Shown piece after piece: positions 37,559-47,787 of a stretch of 64,000 nucleotides of DNA. The first letter of the stretch is position 1. Every line of letters starts with the position of its first letter. The notes under the pieces are model-generated. The model saw nothing but the letters and a program-made list of their open reading frames with translations. It was not told where the DNA came from and made no database searches. A program made the position numbers and the translations under genes. The DNA comes from Escherichia coli (lineage in GTDB: Bacteria > Pseudomonadota > Gammaproteobacteria > Enterobacterales > Enterobacteriaceae). Where the stretch lies: the NCBI RefSeq assembly GCF_003334335.1, contig NZ_QOWQ01000001.1, one strand, 5' to 3'.

Positions 37559-37852
37559 TTAATGAGTTAAATGATCTTGTGAAATGACAAGCAATTGATA
37601 CATACTCATCTCTTTATAAGCTGGAACTGTAGTAACCTGTGCAAATTCGCGATATAGCTTTTGCTCCAGTTCTGCTGTAGATATATATTCCGGGTGTTCG
37701 CTAAAGAACTGTCTTGCATCTACTATCGCTTGGGATTCGCCACTTCTTTTATTTTGATTCTCCTTTAATGAATTTTCTCTGGTGCATGCAGAGAGCAACG
37801 ATATCAGCGCGATGGTTATTATGATTTTACTATTATATCCTACTAATGACAT
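37559..37852 (-). CDS. Small lipoprotein of unknown function
   Basis: 97 aa with a signal peptide and the canonical lipobox LLSAC. The start codon lies 1 nt after the stop of the upstream LuxR-type gene (TGA-T-ATG). Confidence 0.7.
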   Translation of the reverse strand: MSLVGYNSKIIITIALISLLSACTRENSLKENQNKRSGESQAIVDARQFFSEHPEYISTAELEQKLYREFAQVTTVPAYKEMSMYQLLVISQDHLTH

Positions 37853-37853
37853 A

Positions 37854-38354
37854 TCAACTTTCTCTTACGCAAGATTGGAGTTTAAAATAATGTTTATCCC
37901 ATTCACAGAGTGCTATAAACAACTCAACAGTACCTTTTATGTTAAGTTTATTTAGGGCTCTTATTTTGTGATATGATACTGTTTTATAATCAATTCCTTT
38001 AATAATGGCTACTTGTTTTAACGAGTAAGAAACACATAACCGCAGGATATCTATATCATCATGGGTAAGTGCTTCTTGTGTGGAATACACATTTTGTGTA
38101 TGAAGATTCGAAATCAGGAAATGCGTTAAATCAGATAATCTAATATTCTTATTGATCCTGATGAAATTGTTGCTTAAAAGGATGTTTACAGGTTCTGTAT
38201 TTGGTTTGAGATTTCGATGTTGATGCTCATCAATAACAACGAATGAATGCCCAAGATCAACCAACGCAACTAAATCGCTGTAATATTCTTTTTGGGATGC
38301 TAATAATGCATTAGTGACTACAGTGAAGTAGACATCACTGGAAAAGACTTGCAT
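37854..38354 (-). CDS. etrA: LuxR/GerE-type HTH regulator, probably the ETT2 regulator EtrA
   Basis: 166 aa. The C-terminal HTH reads LSLKQVAIIKGIDYKTVSYHKIRALNKLNI. It is divergent from eprH. The name is assigned from my memory of the Sakai ETT2 map and is not verified. Confidence 0.55.
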   Translation of the reverse strand: MQVFSSDVYFTVVTNALLASQKEYYSDLVALVDLGHSFVVIDEHQHRNLKPNTEPVNILLSNNFIRINKNIRLSDLTHFLISNLHTQNVYSTQEALTHDDIDILRLCVSYSLKQVAIIKGIDYKTVSYHKIRALNKLNIKGTVELFIALCEWDKHYFKLQSCVRES

Positions 38355-38610
38355 ATGCCAACCTGTACTCTAAAATCATTTAGGGTAAATATTACGTGTA
38401 AAAGTTAAAATAAGAGTAATTGTTATATTTGCTTAACATTGGGGGAATAGGGTTTATACCTTAAATTGTAAATAAAGTTATGCATAGAGGCATTTAAAAT
38501 AGTCCTCGAAATTATAATTTTTTATTCTGTGTCATCATATTTTGGTCATGAAATTTCCGTCTTGTTACACTACTCTAAACTAGAGCTTATGGAATTAGCG
38601 GGTGCTATTC

Positions 38611-39792
38611 ATGGAAAATAATGATAAATTCTTATCACAAGACTTATTGGAATCTTATGCCATTCGTTTGTTGAGCGGACCATTGAATGGATGCGAGTAT
38701 GAAATACTTAATGGGCGTCTACTTGTTATCATTGGTAATGATGTTTCGTTAGGAAGAAGTGATGCTTTTTCTGAGTTACCAGAAAACACAATAGTCGTTC
38801 CTTATGGCGAGCTTACAGGTAGTTTTGAGATAATAATTACTACCGACCCTGATCTGGTAGTAACATTCAGAGAATTAACAGCACAAGAACCTGAAGATAG
38901 AACGTTAACATTGAATCAGCAAATAGAAGTTTTAGGTCTCAAATTTGCTGTAAAAGAAAAAAATGAAGTTTGGCAGTATTCATTGCCAGGCATTATTGAA
39001 AATAACATTATTTCTACAAAACAACATTTCTTTAGCAGTAAGCTGTTTAAGTATGTAATGCTTTTTTTTCTTTTTGCTATCATTTTCATTGCTTTTTATA
39101 TTGTTAATGCCAGTAATGATCCGCAGCTGAGACATATCGATAAAATTCTTGTAAACAAAAACAGGAATTATGAAATTTTATATGGTAGAGATCATGTTAT
39201 CTATATTAATACCAATATTTTGGATGAAGCAGTCTGGGTCAAACAAGCACTGGAAAAAAATCAACCAGGAAAGCCAGTACGGGTGATAAATCCTGATGAT
39301 GAATCGATACGAATTTTTTCATGGCTTGCTGATAATTTCCCTGATTTACAATATTTTAAACTTCAACTATTAGATGCCAGTAATCTAAGATTGACAGTGA
39401 GTAAGCAACGGAACGCTATCACACAGCAACTAATCGATAATCTTATTAAAGGATTACTGCAAACTATGCCATATGCCAGCAATATAAGTATTGCGGTATT
39501 AGATGATAATGTATTGGAAAGTCAGGCTATTGAAACGTTGTCAGCGATAGGTCTTTCTTATGAAAAATATAAAACAGCTAACAATGTGTATTTCAATATC
39601 ATTGGTACGTTAAGTGACAGTGAATTAAATAAAATTAATAACTATGTTGACGAATATTATAAACAATGGGGTAAACAATATGTAAGATTTAATGTGAATT
39701 TGAAAAATCAGGACACAAATAATAGTTCATTTAGCTACGGAGATAACCGATTCGAGAAGTCTCAAGGTAGCAAGTGGACATTTCAGGAATAA
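38611..39792 (+). CDS. eprH: T3SS inner-membrane ring protein (PrgH/YscD family)
   Basis: 393 aa from MENNDKF. The segment IRLLSGPLNGCEYEILNGRLLVIIG parallels PrgH IVRLLNSSLNGCEFPLLTGRTLFVVG. There is a central TM helix. Confidence 0.88.
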   Translation: MENNDKFLSQDLLESYAIRLLSGPLNGCEYEILNGRLLVIIGNDVSLGRSDAFSELPENTIVVPYGELTGSFEIIITTDPDLVVTFRELTAQEPEDRTLTLNQQIEVLGLKFAVKEKNEVWQYSLPGIIENNIISTKQHFFSSKLFKYVMLFFLFAIIFIAFYIVNASNDPQLRHIDKILVNKNRNYEILYGRDHVIYINTNILDEAVWVKQALEKNQPGKPVRVINPDDESIRIFSWLADNFPDLQYFKLQLLDASNLRLTVSKQRNAITQQLIDNLIKGLLQTMPYASNISIAVLDDNVLESQAIETLSAIGLSYEKYKTANNVYFNIIGTLSDSELNKINNYVDEYYKQWGKQYVRFNVNLKNQDTNNSSFSYGDNRFEKSQGSKWTFQE

Positions 39793-39805
39793 TTGAGGAA
39801 GACTT

Positions 39806-40045
39806 ATGGCAGATTGGAATGGTTATATTATGGACATCAGCAAACAATTTGATCAGGGCGTTGATGATCTGAACCAGCAAGTTGAAAAAGCGTTGGAGGA
39901 TTTAGCAACCAATCCTTCCGACCCGAAATTCCTTGCCGAATATCAAAGTGCATTAGCTGAGTATACATTATATCGAAATGCGCAATCTAACGTTGTAAAA
40001 GCGTATAAAGATCTTGATTCGGCAATCATACAAAACTTCCGCTAA
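39806..40045 (+). CDS. eprI: T3SS needle filament protein (PrgI/MxiH family)
   Basis: 79 aa. The C-terminus YTLYRNAQSNVVKAYKDLDSAIIQNFR is near-identical to the PrgI C-terminus. Confidence 0.93.
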   Translation: MADWNGYIMDISKQFDQGVDDLNQQVEKALEDLATNPSDPKFLAEYQSALAEYTLYRNAQSNVVKAYKDLDSAIIQNFR

Positions 40046-40064
40046 ACTGGATAAGGATTTTATT

Positions 40065-40397
40065 ATGTCAGTAAGCAATATGCCACCTATTGATAGAGCT
40101 GAGCAATCAACTGCTCATGAAATACAGCAAGCGAAAGTGATTGATTTAAATGACCGGGTTCTCAATCTTGACAACCCGGATGATAAAATGATCTCCGCTT
40201 TTGCTAACTATGCTGTACAAACTGAAAATTGGCAGCAAAATGCGTTACAAGCATTAACGTCTGATAAAAAAGGATTAACTCCTGAAAAATTATTAGTCTT
40301 GCAGGATCATGTGCTTAATTATAATGTCGAGGTTTCATTGGTGGGAACATTAGCAAGAAAAATTGTCGCTGCAGTTGAGACGTTGACCCGCTCATGA
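40065..40397 (+). CDS. eprJ: T3SS inner rod protein (PrgJ family)
   Basis: 110 aa from MSVSNMPP, with the SD aaggat upstream. It sits between the needle and PrgK-like genes. The ORF-track start at 40014 overlaps eprI and was discarded. Confidence 0.8.
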   Translation: MSVSNMPPIDRAEQSTAHEIQQAKVIDLNDRVLNLDNPDDKMISAFANYAVQTENWQQNALQALTSDKKGLTPEKLLVLQDHVLNYNVEVSLVGTLARKIVAAVETLTRS

Positions 40398-41128
40398 AAT
40401 ATATATCATTATTATTGTTTATCCTGCTGTTGTGCGGCTGCAAGCAGCAGGAATTACTGAACCATCTTGATCAACAGCAAGCTAATGATGTCCTTGCTGT
40501 TTTACAAAGACATAATATTAATGCTGAAAAGAAGGATCAAGGCAAAACTGGATTCTCAATCTATGTTGAACCAACGGATTTTGCTTCTGCGGTGGATTGG
40601 CTAAAAATCTACAATCTCCCGGGTAAGCCTGATATTCAAATATCGCAGATGTTCCCTGCAGATGCACTCGTTTCATCTCCACGAGCGGAAAAAGCAAGGC
40701 TATATTCTGCTATTGAGCAGCGGTTAGAGCAATCTCTCAAAATTATGGATGGTATTGTTTCTTCGAGAGTACATGTTAGTTACGATGTTGATACTGGCGA
40801 TAGTGGTAAAACTGCTTTACCAATTCATATTTCTGTACTTGCAGTATATGAAAAAGATATCAATCCAGAAATAAAAATAAATGACATAAAGAGATTTATT
40901 GTTAATAGTTTTGCAAGCGTACAATATGAGAATATTTCTGTTGTATTGTCAAAACGAAGAGACATTATTGAGCAAGCACCAACATATGAAATTAGCGAAC
41001 CTGTTTTTGCTTATGATAAGGCTATGCCGGTTTCTATCTTACTTGCATTAATATCCGTAGCGACTTGCTGGCTGTTATGGAAGTATAGGGCCATTCTAAC
41101 TAATTTAGTCAGGTTGAAAATTAAGTAG
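40394..41128 (+). CDS. eprK: T3SS inner-membrane ring lipoprotein (PrgK/YscJ/EscJ family)
   Basis: 244 aa. It has the lipobox LLLCGC, a YscJ-family core and a C-terminal TM helix. It overlaps eprJ by 4 nt. Confidence 0.9.
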   Translation: MKYISLLLFILLLCGCKQQELLNHLDQQQANDVLAVLQRHNINAEKKDQGKTGFSIYVEPTDFASAVDWLKIYNLPGKPDIQISQMFPADALVSSPRAEKARLYSAIEQRLEQSLKIMDGIVSSRVHVSYDVDTGDSGKTALPIHISVLAVYEKDINPEIKINDIKRFIVNSFASVQYENISVVLSKRRDIIEQAPTYEISEPVFAYDKAMPVSILLALISVATCWLLWKYRAILTNLVRLKIK

Positions 41129-41143
41129 ACATATGAGAACGTT

Positions 41144-41724
41144 ATGAATCTTGCCCTAAGAAAGATTATATATGATCCAATTAGTTATATTCATCTCAAC
41201 GAGTAAGCTTGAATAATACACCTATTAACAATCCGGTGCTGAGATCTATTACCAATGAAATGATTCTCCTGCAGTATAATCTTTCAGTTGAACATTTTAA
41301 TCTGAATAGTTCACTTATTTACTACATAAACAATTGGAATTTACTTCCATTGATCTGTTTACTCAGTGGTTGTCACTTTTATCGAGAAAGGTTTGCAGAA
41401 CGCGGGTTTTTTTATAAGGTTCCTGATGTACTAAGGGATTATTTATCAGCTATACCGCTGGAAATAAATGAAAAGGCACGATACAAACCCGGCATCGCTA
41501 ACTATCACAATATCATCACATGTGGTTTTTCAACGTTGTTACCCTATATAAGGCAACAACCATTGGCAATGCAGCAACGATTTAATTTATTATTTCCTGA
41601 TTTTGTTGACCACATACAATCGCCGTTACCACTTGCATCAACACTTTTAGAGAGAATTACATTTTATGCGAAAAAAAATAGAGATGAGCTTGATAAAATC
41701 TCCTGCAAATGGTGTTGTGATTAA
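41144..41724 (+). pseudogene. orgA: T3SS sorting-platform protein OrgA (YscK family) disrupted by a 1-nt deletion near 41196-41198
   Basis: The ATG at 41144 gives MNLALRKIIYDPISYIHLNE*, compared with Salmonella OrgA ...IIFDPLSYIHPQR. The rest of the protein continues in the next frame (QRVSLNNTP...LLSGCHFYRERFAERG, compared with LLGCHKLRADLARQG). Confidence 0.75.
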
Positions 41725-42373
41725 AAGAAAAATTTCTGATAGATTGAAAGAAATAGTTTCTCTTAAAGAAAAAATCCTTCTTGAAACCACCGCAAAAATT
41801 CAGAGTATTGAGGAAAAGAGAGAAGAAAAATTTATTCAAGGTTATTATGATGGCTATACAAAAGGCATTATTGATGAGATGGATAATTTTATACCCTTGA
41901 TAAGCTTGCTATGCTCAGAACTTGAAAAAAAAAGAATAAACATGATAAACGATCTGAAGAGTATATTGTTAAAACCTTCAGAAGAAGTTGATGTTTTTAT
42001 CAAAATTTTTGAAAGTTGGGTAACAAAATTACCATCAATATCAGGTCCTGTAAATCTCCATATACCTACCAGTTTCAAAGATAAGTCTCTTGAAGTAGAG
42101 TCATATTTTGTCGACAAATCAATATGGAATGTCCATATTACATTTCATGATGATAAGCGTTTTGTGTTTTTTACCGATCAATTTATTGCTGAATTTAGTC
42201 CGCAGGAATTTGTGGATAATTGTGAGCAATATTTAATTAATAATCATTGTTTCTCCCCTGACAAGGTTAACGAAATCTGCGAACAAGCCAGACATTATTT
42301 AGTTGAAAAAATGTTTGAAACACATTCTTTGGATATGAATAATTCTGTTTTGGCAAGCCCTGAGGACTTATAG
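41666..42373 (+). CDS. orgB: T3SS stator protein OrgB (YscL/FliH family)
   Basis: 235 aa; an alternative start is at 41684. GVVIKRKISDRL and IAEFSPQEFVD parallel Salmonella OrgB GILIKRKTLERY and IAEFSPEQFVE. Confidence 0.82.
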   Translation: MRKKIEMSLIKSPANGVVIKRKISDRLKEIVSLKEKILLETTAKIQSIEEKREEKFIQGYYDGYTKGIIDEMDNFIPLISLLCSELEKKRINMINDLKSILLKPSEEVDVFIKIFESWVTKLPSISGPVNLHIPTSFKDKSLEVESYFVDKSIWNVHITFHDDKRFVFFTDQFIAEFSPQEFVDNCEQYLINNHCFSPDKVNEICEQARHYLVEKMFETHSLDMNNSVLASPEDL

Positions 42374-42594
42374 CTCCCTGGCTCAAGTTTAATGATTTGA
42401 ATATAATCTAATTGTAATATTTTAATCATCTCATGATTTTTTAATGCCTGTGGTATTTTTTTACGCAAAAATTTTATTTTTAATTATATTTCATTATTAT
42501 TTCATCAATGTATTCTTTGGATTTTGCTTATAATAATAATGGAAGGGATGATTATAAATGAATGCGTTAAAGCATTTACACTCAGGATGAATAT

Positions 42595-43227
42595 ATGGGA
42601 AAAATTAAAATTGTAGTTTCAGATCAGCAGCCGTTTATGATTGATGGGATAATTGGATTTCTCGGACATTATCCTGATTTATATGAGGTTGTTGGGGGCT
42701 ATAAAGATCTGAAGAAAGCTATAGCGGAGTGTAACAAATCTACAGCCTAAATATTTATTTTAGGAGAATTTGCAGGTGGAATGATGGGGGCCGAACTCGT
42801 AAAATGGGTTAAATCGCATAAGATAGATGCTCATATTATTACATTTGTAGCAAAGATGCCGTATATTGATTCAATAAAATTGCTTGAAGCAGGTGCGAAA
42901 GGATGCGTATGGAAAACCAGTCACCCGGCGAAACTAAATCGTGCTATTGATTCGATTAGTAATGGTTACACTTATTTTGATAGTGTACATATGGATTGTG
43001 AAAAAATATCTTCCAGGTATTCCTCTGATAATCAACTTACAAATCGTGAGTCAGAAATATTACAACTCATAGCTGATGGTAAAACAAACAAAGAAATCGC
43101 TAATTTCTTGCAGTTAAGCAGGAAAACAGTCGAAACTCATAGACTCAATATCATGAAGAAATTAGATGTTCACAGTGGTATCGAGTTGATCAAAACAGCT
43201 TTACGTATGGGTGTTTGCACTATATAA
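42595..43227 (+). pseudogene. ygeK: NarL/FixJ-type response regulator interrupted by an in-frame TAA at 42748-42750
   Basis: [18 protein letters not shown]...CNKSTA* continues in the same frame as [19 protein letters not shown]. The C-terminal LuxR HTH reads [36 protein letters not shown]. Confidence 0.8.
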
Positions 43228-43271
43228 AAAAAAGAGGCTTTAGGCTCATTTTGCTGAAGCCTTACGATTGT

Positions 43272-43748
43272 CTAGTTCATTAAGCCTGGTATATACAATA
43301 TATATTTTGGGGCATATTGCTGTCTCTTTTTTTGGTTATCCATTGCAAAACCCGCATTATAAGTCCCCAGGCATTGCCACGTTACTCCACAACGTGAAAA
43401 ATGGTTATATAAAATCTCGGTTCCTATTTTAATGTTCAGACAAGGGTTATCTAACAAATCTCGTTCATCTTTTATTATTCCACGTTTTTTTAACAGGGGA
43501 ATATGCATCTGGTTTATCTGCATTAACCAATAATCTAAACTCTTTATATTGTTATTCTTATCTCTGTTCTTGCCTATGCTATCCTTTTTTAGATTGCTTT
43601 CAACAAGAGCGATAGCTTTAATTAAATTTGGTTCGATTCTGAACATTGTTCCTGCTTCATTAGAGCAAGAGTTGCTGGCGAAAGACATTTTTGTAATAAA
43701 TATACAAAACGTGAAGATGGTTAAGAATTTAACTTTTGGTGAGCGCAT
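43272..43748 (-). CDS. pbl: IagB-like specialised lytic transglycosylase
   Basis: 158 aa with a signal peptide. The catalytic-Glu context is AIALVESN, and LMQIN and YNAG motifs are present as in IagB/IpgF. Confidence 0.82.
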   Translation of the reverse strand: MRSPKVKFLTIFTFCIFITKMSFASNSCSNEAGTMFRIEPNLIKAIALVESNLKKDSIGKNRDKNNNIKSLDYWLMQINQMHIPLLKKRGIIKDERDLLDNPCLNIKIGTEILYNHFSRCGVTWQCLGTYNAGFAMDNQKKRQQYAPKYILYIPGLMN

Positions 43749-43830
43749 ATTTTTTCATGTGTGAGGATTGAATGAAAGGAACGAGATACTATTATAAAAG
43801 TATCTCGTTATGATTTATTTGGTCAATCGT

Positions 43831-44049
43831 CTACCACTCAATTTTATAGTAAGGTGAGATAGGATTATCTTCTGAATACATATCATTTTGAAAAGGCGCC
43901 ATCCATGTTGAAACTATAAATGCTTGTATTTGATCTGTATCAGTAGCACTGGTGTTGATGTGTTTATCTAATGATACGACTTCATCACCCGTTGCATTCG
44001 CTATATTTGAACTTTGAGATAAATTATTGATACCGATTGGATTAGTCAT
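43831..44049 (-). CDS. ygeI: Small ETT2 protein of unknown function
   Basis: 72 aa from MTNPIGINNL, with the SD gggag 7 nt upstream. The length matches K-12 YgeI. Confidence 0.7.
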   Translation of the reverse strand: MTNPIGINNLSQSSNIANATGDEVVSLDKHINTSATDTDQIQAFIVSTWMAPFQNDMYSEDNPISPYYKIEW

Positions 44050-44216
44050 AAAGCTCCCTTTTTTAATTGTCCAGGCCAATGGTCTTTACATCATACTTTT
44101 AACTCTAGAGCATTTTAAATATCTTGCAATAAGGTGAATATCTTAGATATTTTTATCTCTGTTGTTTAAATAACAAGTTGCATACATCTAAATAATAAAA
44201 TTGCGTCAATAAAAAT

Positions 44217-45593
44217 TTATCGCATACAAATTCTCGTCAGCTGCTTTAATTTCAAAATGTTGTCAATTATAACTCGATGGCTTTCACTCTCAGTTTCTTT
44301 ATAGTAGAGTTTAATGTTGTTTTTGAGCGGGTTAGGCACATACATATCTACACATTCTTTTATCACAACTGCTTTTCGTCTTCTGGGTTCGAGTTGTAGT
44401 GATTTGTCTATACAAATCCTTGCCTCTTCAATTTTTTCATTATGAAAGTGGACTAGTGCCCTATAGTAGTAGAGAGAGGCTATATCAGTTGAGTGTATCT
44501 TAGCCTGTTCAAATAAGATATGAGATACTTTTGCTTGTCCAGACAGACCAGTTATCAGTCCCATAATAGCTAAAATTTTTCCATCGACAGTGGTTATGTC
44601 TGATACATAATCTAAAAGCTCTAATGCTTTTTGAGCAGCAAGTTCAAGTTCACTTTTTCCATGAAGTGCCAAAGACATATGGCATTCCGCTAGAAGGCAA
44701 TAACATTCTGTTTTTAGCGTCTGTATATCACTTTTATTTTGTAATCTATCAAATATAGTCATGGCCCTGTAAATGCTTTCAGGGGTGAAGTCGTAAAGTT
44801 CTTTCTTTCCGGCTAACATTTCATCTGATAAATAATGATTCTTATATCCTTGGTCCTGCTTAGCTAATCTTACAGATCGTTCTGGTTTATGTACCGTTTG
44901 AAGGATATTATCTATAATAAATTGTGATGTATTATGTAGTTCATCAACAGGGAGATGATTACTGGCGATGAGGAAAAGGTTTTTAGCGTCGATCAACTCA
45001 ATGTATAAAGTGTTCACTGCATTATTCTGGTTTATTCTTCCTGTAACGAAATAATCTGGCTTGAATCTGCTCAAGAATGAATTTTGAGATATGTGATCAT
45101 TACAAAAATTTGTCGCAGCCATCGGATAGGTATAGAGACCATCGATTTTTTTATTTGAAATGATTTGCACTAATTCCTGATTAAGTATTAATGGATCCAG
45201 TGTATTCAATGAAGTAGTGAAAGGGAATATAGCTATGGAATAGTCTGAAGTATTATCTTCATTAATTTTAGTTTTGAAAACCTGCCCGCTGAAACGATAA
45301 CCTTTCCGGTAGATTGTTTCTATGCAACGATCATAGCCAATTTTTTCAAAAATGCAGCGCAAAGAATAGATACATCTTGTCAGGGACTCGTCACTAACAA
45401 TAATATTTTTCCATACTGATTCGATGATCATATCTTTCAGTACAACATGACCAGCGGATTCAAGTAATACTATTAATACACCTAACTCTTTCTGTGGAAT
45501 ATAAACTTGCTCATTTCCTTGAGTAAGAATTCCATCTTCCGTGAGCGTTAATCCCTCAAGAAAATGATATGAGAATTTATTTTCTAAGTCCAT
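44217..45593 (-). CDS. ygeH: HilA-like transcriptional regulator (OmpR/ToxR-type winged helix plus TPR-like C-terminal region)
   Basis: 458 aa. The N-terminal winged-helix signature reads [16 protein letters not shown]...[11 protein letters not shown], followed by a long helical repeat region. Confidence 0.88.
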
Positions 45594-45867
45594 TAGTTAA
45601 CCTCTATGAAAAAATTGGTTTCTTGCATCCTGCTTAAGCAATAGAAATTATGGCTATTCATATTTATGTGTCATTAACGCTACAGGAAATTACATTTGAC
45701 ATATCTATGGTTGTGTTCACTAATTTATCTTAGGAATTCAGTGATGTAATCTGAAATAGCCTTATTCAATTTTGATAAAGTAGATTGTTCTCTAACGCAT
45801 TGAAAAATAATGATTTATAGTATGCTCTTAACTGTTTTAAGATGCTGATTTAAGAAAACATAAGAGG

Positions 45868-45903
45868 TGCTGGTTATAGTGGTTAACTGCACTATAACCA
45901 GCA
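45868..45903 (-). terminator. 14-bp perfect hairpin downstream of ygeG
   Basis: tgctggttatagtg-N8-cactataaccagca lies 25 nt after the ygeG stop. The minus-strand tail is moderately T-rich. Confidence 0.55.
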
Positions 45904-45927
45904 AATTTAACCAAATGATTGTAATGC

Positions 45928-46419
45928 TTAGCCATTATCTTCTGAATTATCGTTTAAGAGTTCAATATATGCCTGCGCTTTACTCTTAACACTATCATCC
46001 TCACAATTGTTAATAATGTGATAGAAACATTGCATTGCGTTATCGATATTTTTAGCCCCAATCTGACATTGACCCATACGATAAATAACTGAATAGTCAT
46101 CATACGGGAAGTAATTGTAACTTAGTTTGTAAAGGTCATATGCTTGTTGATATTTCTTTTTGGGCTGACATACTGATGCAAAATCTTTTAGATACTCATG
46201 ATTTTCGAACGCATAAATGCACAAGAATTTATAATAAATTTCTGCGTCCGTTATATTACCCTTTTCATGGTAGTCGAATGCATATGCATATATTCTATCA
46301 AGGATATCAGGAGTTAAACCATGTAGTAATGCCAGATTTTCTCCTTTCGATAATGCGTGTTTTAGTTGATTTGCCCATTCATCACTATTATTGAATATTT
46401 CAATTGTTTCTGTGCTCAT
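45928..46419 (-). CDS. ygeG: Class II T3SS chaperone (SicA/SycD/LcrH-type TPR protein)
   Basis: 163 aa from MSTETIEIF, with TPR-like repeats (YYKFLCIYAFENHEYL...YRMGQCQIGAKNIDNAMQCF). Confidence 0.85.
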   Translation of the reverse strand: MSTETIEIFNNSDEWANQLKHALSKGENLALLHGLTPDILDRIYAYAFDYHEKGNITDAEIYYKFLCIYAFENHEYLKDFASVCQPKKKYQQAYDLYKLSYNYFPYDDYSVIYRMGQCQIGAKNIDNAMQCFYHIINNCEDDSVKSKAQAYIELLNDNSEDNG

Positions 46420-46686
46420 AATATTCCTCTGTGATGTGTCTCGTGATGCCAAATTATTATTGATTGACTCATTGATATTTTTATATTTATCTTTTTTAAA
46501 TTATGAGTTTTAAGCTTGCATTGCTTATGGTATATTTTTCATTATTGGTAAAAGTACTGTTCACTACAAACTAATAACATCATTAGTTGTTTTACTAATA
46601 TTCACCTTATTAGTTATCTTAATTACGACATTACATAAATGCCTTAATGTGTATGACCTGGATTCATAGTATCAATTGCCATTTTT

Positions 46687-47133
46687 TCAATGAAAATTAA
46701 AAAGGGGATTTTTGAGAAGGGTAGAATGTCGTTTGTTTTTTTCTTTATTATGTCTGGTGACGCGGGGGGATAGAACGTCTGTGCATATAGTAGTGAATTT
46801 ATTCAGGTCTACATTATTCTCTATTTTGGTCAGTTTTATGAGTTCATTTACAGCCATACTCATTAAATCATCTGTTATCGAAAATTTATATATGCTCATA
46901 GCAGATAATATTGCTTGCTGAATTATCTCTTCAGAAATATCCGCTATCTTTATTGACAAATCATGTGTTAGATATTTTCCTCCAAGAGATTCTTGTTCAA
47001 TATAATTTAAACCAGACCCCATTGTGATTTTAACTGGATTAACGGATTTCTCTTCATTTTTCTTATTTTTGTTCTCCTGATCAGGAACTAATGGTTGCAG
47101 TGGTAGGCTATTATTAATATTTCGTGGCTTCAT
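46687..47133 (-). CDS. ygeF: ETT2 protein of unknown function, possibly a remnant
   Basis: A 148-aa ORF immediately upstream of the ygeG chaperone. I recognised no domain. K-12 annotation treats ygeF as a pseudogene, as I recall. Confidence 0.5.
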   Translation of the reverse strand: MKPRNINNSLPLQPLVPDQENKNKKNEEKSVNPVKITMGSGLNYIEQESLGGKYLTHDLSIKIADISEEIIQQAILSAMSIYKFSITDDLMSMAVNELIKLTKIENNVDLNKFTTICTDVLSPRVTRHNKEKNKRHSTLLKNPLFNFH

Positions 47134-47326
47134 TTTACATTTCTCTCATTTGATTAGAGCAAAATCCGAATTCGCAGCTTCTGATAATGTCAAATATCAC
47201 CTTATGGAGACGTTACGTAGAATGACTATATTTGTTATCGGCACATTAGGGGTATTAATTTTAGTATTGATGGAAGGTGATTATTGAACAGTAACATCGA
47301 GTCACGGTAAAAATGTGAGGTATACA

Positions 47327-47752
47327 ATGGACATTGAATTTTCGCAGATTCATGAAATGGTCTATATGCATGATATTGTAAATTCGGACTCGAAAAAGAA
47401 ACCAAGGATTCCGTTAAAAAAATTCCTTAATGCTGAGAATGTTCTCACGCAAACAACATCATGGACATTAAATTCAAGATATGTGAATGTTAATTCTGTC
47501 AATAAAGTCAACGTAAAGAGTAAAGTTAAAAACAGTTATATCTCACGATCTGTCAATGATGAGTTTAGTTTAACAGATGATGAAATCAATTCTTTTAAAG
47601 AAACGTTAGTCCTTTCCTCTATTGATTCACTGAGTAAACTGGTTCTTAATAATCCTCTTTCTGTATTGTTTACATCGACTGTACGAAGGAATAATAATCG
47701 AGCTAAGATGAATGTCGAGTTCGACTCATGGATTTGCACCAGATGTTGTTGA
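47327..47752 (+). CDS. yqeK: Uncharacterised protein
   Basis: 141 aa from MDIEFSQ, with the SD gagg 8 nt upstream. Length and position match K-12 YqeK. Confidence 0.65.
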
Positions 47753-47787
47753 TACATGATATTTTACATTGCAAGGAGATGTCTAAA

